Assembly (NCBI GenBank): GCA_963820525.1
Contig: CAWGAA010000003.1
Location: 896,001 to 960,000, forward strand
Source of the DNA: an uncultured Spirochaetota bacterium
GTDB lineage: Bacteria > Spirochaetota > Spirochaetia > SZUA-6 > Fen-1364
Direction: 5' to 3'
Length of the DNA stretch: 64,000 nt
In this document: positions 60,529 through 64,000 of the stretch, piece by piece
How the letters are laid out: every line of letters starts with the position of its first letter
How positions within the stretch are numbered: the stretch's first letter is position 1
The notes under the pieces: generated by a model
Seen by the model: the letters and a program-made list of their open reading frames with translations, nothing else
Databases searched by the model: none
Told to the model about the DNA's origin: nothing
Program-made: the position numbers and the translations under genes

Positions 60529-61281
60529 ATGGAAGAACGGGGCATTCTGGAAGGAAGGATCGCATTCGTCACCGGCGCGGATAGGGGGTTGGGCGCCTCG
60601 CTCGCAGCCGCTCTCCTGGCGCGGGGATGCCGTGTTTTTGCTGGAAGATTATCTTCCAACTCCGGTGCGCTTGAAGCCCTGGCCGGCCGCTTTGCCGACA
60701 AGCTTCTTATCGTCCCCCTGGACATTGCGAGCGATGAAAGCGTGGCTCGCGCGGCCCGGCGCGCCGGGGAAGCGGCAGACAGGATCGACATCCTGATCAA
60801 CAACGCCGCCATCCTGGGTGACATCGAATCCAGGCTTGGCGGCTCGATAGACTTCCCGGACATCCTCCGCGTCTTTGATGTAAACGCCGTTGGGCCCTTG
60901 AGGGTCACCAACGCGCTGGCCGGGCTCCTCCTTGCGGGGGACTCCAGGCTGGTCGTCAACATTTCATCAGAGTCGGGCAGCATCGGCTTGTGCAGCCGGG
61001 ACGGCTGGTTCGCCTACTACATGTCGAAGTCTGCGCTGAACATGCAGTCAGCCCTGGTTCACAATGACCTGCGCCCGCGCGGCGGGAAGGTCGTCGTGAT
61101 CCACCCGGGCTGGATGAGGCCCTGGATGCGCGGCGCGCTGGACAGCGCAGCGCCCAACTCTCCCGACCAGTCAGCCGAAGGGATCATCGCGATCATCGAG
61201 CGCGCCATGAGCGGAGACCCAGCCTTCAGCGCGGATCGCCCCGCCTATCTCGACTTCCAGGGCAAACCCCTTCCGTGGTGA
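60529..61281 (+). CDS. SDR oxidoreductase (CsgA-like)
   Basis: TGADRGLG, NNAA, YYMSK and HPGW motifs. Confidence 0.9.
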   Translation: MEERGILEGRIAFVTGADRGLGASLAAALLARGCRVFAGRLSSNSGALEALAGRFADKLLIVPLDIASDESVARAARRAGEAADRIDILINNAAILGDIESRLGGSIDFPDILRVFDVNAVGPLRVTNALAGLLLAGDSRLVVNISSESGSIGLCSRDGWFAYYMSKSALNMQSALVHNDLRPRGGKVVVIHPGWMRPWMRGALDSAAPNSPDQSAEGIIAIIERAMSGDPAFSADRPAYLDFQGKPLPW

Positions 61282-61294
61282 GAAGGGCCGCGGT

Positions 61295-61390
61295 GTCGGC
61301 GGCCGGCTGAAGCTCGTTCACGGCATCCGGCCGTTGTCGTCGGCGGCCGGCTGAAGCTCGTTCACCGGCCGATGACGCCGGCGGCCGGCC
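61295..61390. repeat. Two exact 27-bp direct repeats plus a partial third copy
   Basis: GTCGGCGGCCGGCTGAAGCTCGTTCAC at 61295-61321 and 61339-61365. Confidence 0.85.
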
Positions 61391-61491
61391 TCTTGGTTCC
61401 GCGATCGACGGCCGCGTACCGCGGGCGCCGGGTGTTCACGAGAAGCAGCCTGCTCCTTGAACCGGCACAGGGGGGAAAGTACACTTTGCGC

Positions 61492-64000
61492 GTGGACCTT
61501 TCGGGCTCCGGCCTTCCCCTGGTTCCATACCTTCCCCGGATCAGCTCGACTCTCGAGCGAAGCCGCTGCCTTGTGCTAACGGCCGAGCCCGGCGCGGGAA
61601 AGTCGACCCTCGTCCCTCCGTATCTCATGGAAACCTCCTGGCTGAGTGGCGCAAAGATCGTGATGCTGGAGCCGCGACGGCTTGCCGCGGCCGCGGTTGC
61701 CTCCCGCATTTCCGAGCTGCTGGGCGAGCCGTTGGGACGGCGGGCGGGCTACAGGGTGCGCTCGGCCGCGCACGTGAGCAGCGAGACCCGCATCGAGGTT
61801 GTGACCGAGGCCCTCCTGACGCGGAAGATCCAGGAAGATCCGCTCCTGGAGGGCATCGGCCTCGTCATCTTCGACGAGTTTCACGAGCGCTCAATCCACG
61901 CCGATCTTGCCCTTGCCCTGGCCATCGAGGTGAAGCGGGCGCGGCCGGATCTCGCCCTCCTGGTGATGTCCGCCACCCTCGACCCGGGCCCCGTAGCGTC
62001 TCTTCTCGGCGGCGCTCCCGTGCTCTCCTGTCCGGGGAAGAGCTTTCCCGTGGAGACCCGCTACCGGCCTCCCCGAGGGCGCACGCGATGGGAGGAGGAT
62101 CTGGCGGATGACGTCGCTCTCCTGTTCGACGACACGCAAGGCGATACCCTCGTTTTTCTTCCTGGCGTCGGGGAAATCAACCGGGTGCGCTCGCGCCTGG
62201 AGGAATCCCTCGGCGCCCGCGCCGAGGTGCTCGCACTGCACGGCACACTCTCCCTGGAGGAGCAGCGCAGCGTCATAAAAGGCGAATCGGAGGAGCCGGG
62301 GCACGGCGCGCGACCGGCCGATTCAGACGGAAGCCGCGGCACGAAAGGCGCGCGGGGCGCCGGCGCAACGTTCGACGCACCTGACGCTCAACCACGCAGG
62401 ATCGTGCTTTCCACCTCCATTGCCGAGACGAGCCTGACCGTTCCCGGCGTGCGCGTCGTAGTCGACTCGGGATGGGCCCGGGTTTCGCGTTTCCACCCCG
62501 CGACTGGCCTCGATCGCCTGTTTACAGAAAGGGTGAGCATATCCTCCGCCGACCAGCGCCGAGGGCGGGCGGGCCGCCTCGGTCCGGGGCTGTGCGTGCG
62601 TTTCTGGAGGGAAACAGAGCCCCTGCAGCCCCACGTGCAGCCGGAGATCCTCCGCTCGGATTTGGCGGGCCTGGTGCTGGAGTGCTCGCTGTGGGGCGCG
62701 GCGGAGCCGGACGCCCTGCACTGGCTGGATCCCCCGCCGTCGGCAACATGGCGGCAGGCCTCGGATGTTCTCGGCATGCTCGGCCTGGCGGAAAGAGGCA
62801 GAGTGACGGAGCGGGGCCGTGCTGTGGCGGCCTTGGGCCTTCATCCCCGGCTGGGAATCCTGGCCCTGGAGGGAGCGAAGAGCGGCGCCGCCGGACTGAC
62901 CGCGGCATGCGCCGCAATCCTCTCGGAACGCGACGGCTCCGAGATCGGCAAAGACCCCGATCTTCGCCTCCGCCTGGAGCTGATCCGGCACGGAAGCGGC
63001 GGCCGCCTTTCCTGGCGGAGGCTGATTGAAAAGGAAATGAGGCGCATCCTGTCCAGGATGGCGGGCGCGGGAAAGAATCCGAATCGGGCGGAAAATCGAC
63101 CCCGCGGAACCGCGCAGAATGCCGAACCCGACATTGGCCCTCCATGGCGCTGGACCGAGGACCAGGAGCTGCGAGCGGGAGATCTTCTTGGCGCCGCGTT
63201 TCCCGACAGGATCGCCAGGCGCGAGCCTGACGAAACGTACCGCTTCGTCACGGGTCGCTCGGCCCGTCTTGCTCCGACGTCTTCGCTCGGGGATTGGATC
63301 GTCGCCCCCGAGACCGACGCCGGGGTAAGCCTGGCCACGATAAGGCTGTGCGCGCCGATGGATCGTGCTGCGGCCGAGCGTGCTCTCCAGGGCGTCACGC
63401 GCGAGATCCATGAGATCCGCTGGAGCGGGCTCACGCCGAAGGGATGGAAGGTCCGCCTGGCAGGCCGCCTTGTCCTGGCCGAGACTCGGATAAAGCCCGC
63501 GGCCGAAGAGGTGGCCGCTTCTTTTGGCGAACGCCTGCGGGGCTCGGGAATCGACACCCTTCCCTGGGACGAGAGATCCCGATCTCTGCTGGCCCGAATG
63601 AGATTCTTCGCCCGGCACATTGCCGGATCGGATGATGATCTTATCAGCAGGCTGTCAGTCGAAGGGTTGGCCGGCGGAGACACCCGGTGGCTACTCCCAT
63701 ACGTCGAGCTCTCCGGCGGCCCCGTCCTGACGCCTGACCGTCTTTTGCGAGCTCTGCGCGGGCTCTTGGGCAGGCGGCTCGGCGATCTGGAGAAGAGCGC
63801 TCCTGAAGCGATTGTGCTTCCAACGGGAGGCAGGCGGAAAATCGACTACTCCTCGGACGCCCCGGTGGTAGAAGCGCGGATCCAGGAGGTCTTCGGGCTT
63901 GCCGAAAGCCCCCGCCTCTTGTCGATCCCGATTGCATTCAAGCTCCTCTCCCCCGCCCATCGCCCCCTGCAAATAACGAGCGATCTTGCAAGCTTCTGGA
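61492..64000 (+). CDS. hrpB: ATP-dependent RNA helicase HrpB, 3'-truncated by the window edge and absent from the ORF track
   Basis: Read manually: AEPGAGKST, LEPRRLAA, DEFHERS, MSAT, FLPG, TSIAETSLT, QRRGRAGR, HPRL, AFPDRIA and LLSPAHRPLQIT.DL..FW. Confidence 0.93.
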   Translation, partial: MDLSGSGLPLVPYLPRISSTLERSRCLVLTAEPGAGKSTLVPPYLMETSWLSGAKIVMLEPRRLAAAAVASRISELLGEPLGRRAGYRVRSAAHVSSETRIEVVTEALLTRKIQEDPLLEGIGLVIFDEFHERSIHADLALALAIEVKRARPDLALLVMSATLDPGPVASLLGGAPVLSCPGKSFPVETRYRPPRGRTRWEEDLADDVALLFDDTQGDTLVFLPGVGEINRVRSRLEESLGARAEVLALHGTLSLEEQRSVIKGESEEPGHGARPADSDGSRGTKGARGAGATFDAPDAQPRRIVLSTSIAETSLTVPGVRVVVDSGWARVSRFHPATGLDRLFTERVSISSADQRRGRAGRLGPGLCVRFWRETEPLQPHVQPEILRSDLAGLVLECSLWGAAEPDALHWLDPPPSATWRQASDVLGMLGLAERGRVTERGRAVAALGLHPRLGILALEGAKSGAAGLTAACAAILSERDGSEIGKDPDLRLRLELIRHGSGGRLSWRRLIEKEMRRILSRMAGAGKNPNRAENRPRGTAQNAEPDIGPPWRWTEDQELRAGDLLGAAFPDRIARREPDETYRFVTGRSARLAPTSSLGDWIVAPETDAGVSLATIRLCAPMDRAAAERALQGVTREIHEIRWSGLTPKGWKVRLAGRLVLAETRIKPAAEEVAASFGERLRGSGIDTLPWDERSRSLLARMRFFARHIAGSDDDLISRLSVEGLAGGDTRWLLPYVELSGGPVLTPDRLLRALRGLLGRRLGDLEKSAPEAIVLPTGGRRKIDYSSDAPVVEARIQEVFGLAESPRLLSIPIAFKLLSPAHRPLQITSDLASFW

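Noticed and set aside
61295..61390. CRISPR array
   Set aside because: Only two full repeats with a 17-bp spacer that is itself partly repeated; no cas genes in the window.

Overview
A GC-rich bacterial window with several lower-GC islets. A Spirochaetota origin is inferred from the FliM-like segments, membrane-anchored LuxR regulators and a LolA-like export cluster; this was not tested. I found no rRNA, tRNA or CRISPR array. In order, the window holds: a 5'-truncated IS5/IS1182-like transposase; a TetR-controlled class II aldolase/class III aminotransferase/FGGY kinase operon; accessory genes and a deletion-riddled GGDEF/ABC-permease remnant; a Crp regulator and a domain-permuted FliM/FliN protein; a 5'-nucleotidase and a UraA-type permease; and a ~11 kb catabolic cluster (DUF2877 divergent from a three-subunit molybdenum hydroxylase, FdrA, DUF1116, cyclase, GNAT-fold protein, Cys-less thiolase, DUF35). 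After that come mixed regulators and hydrolases, a TPP enzyme/Zn-ADH/SCP2 operon, an Omp85-like/LolA-like/LolCDE-like export cluster, a GH13, an MFS, a MocR/EamA/B3-4 module and a 3'-truncated hrpB that is missing from the ORF track. The best candidate for an undescribed system is the 21-32 kb cluster. It reads as a CoA-linked oxidative N-heterocycle (possibly pyrimidine) degradation route, with a GNAT-fold protein carrying malonyl-CoA-decarboxylase-like motifs and a thiolase lacking its nucleophilic Cys. Several single-base frameshifts in short homopolymers may be assembly errors. All family calls come from motif recognition by eye; no database search was run.
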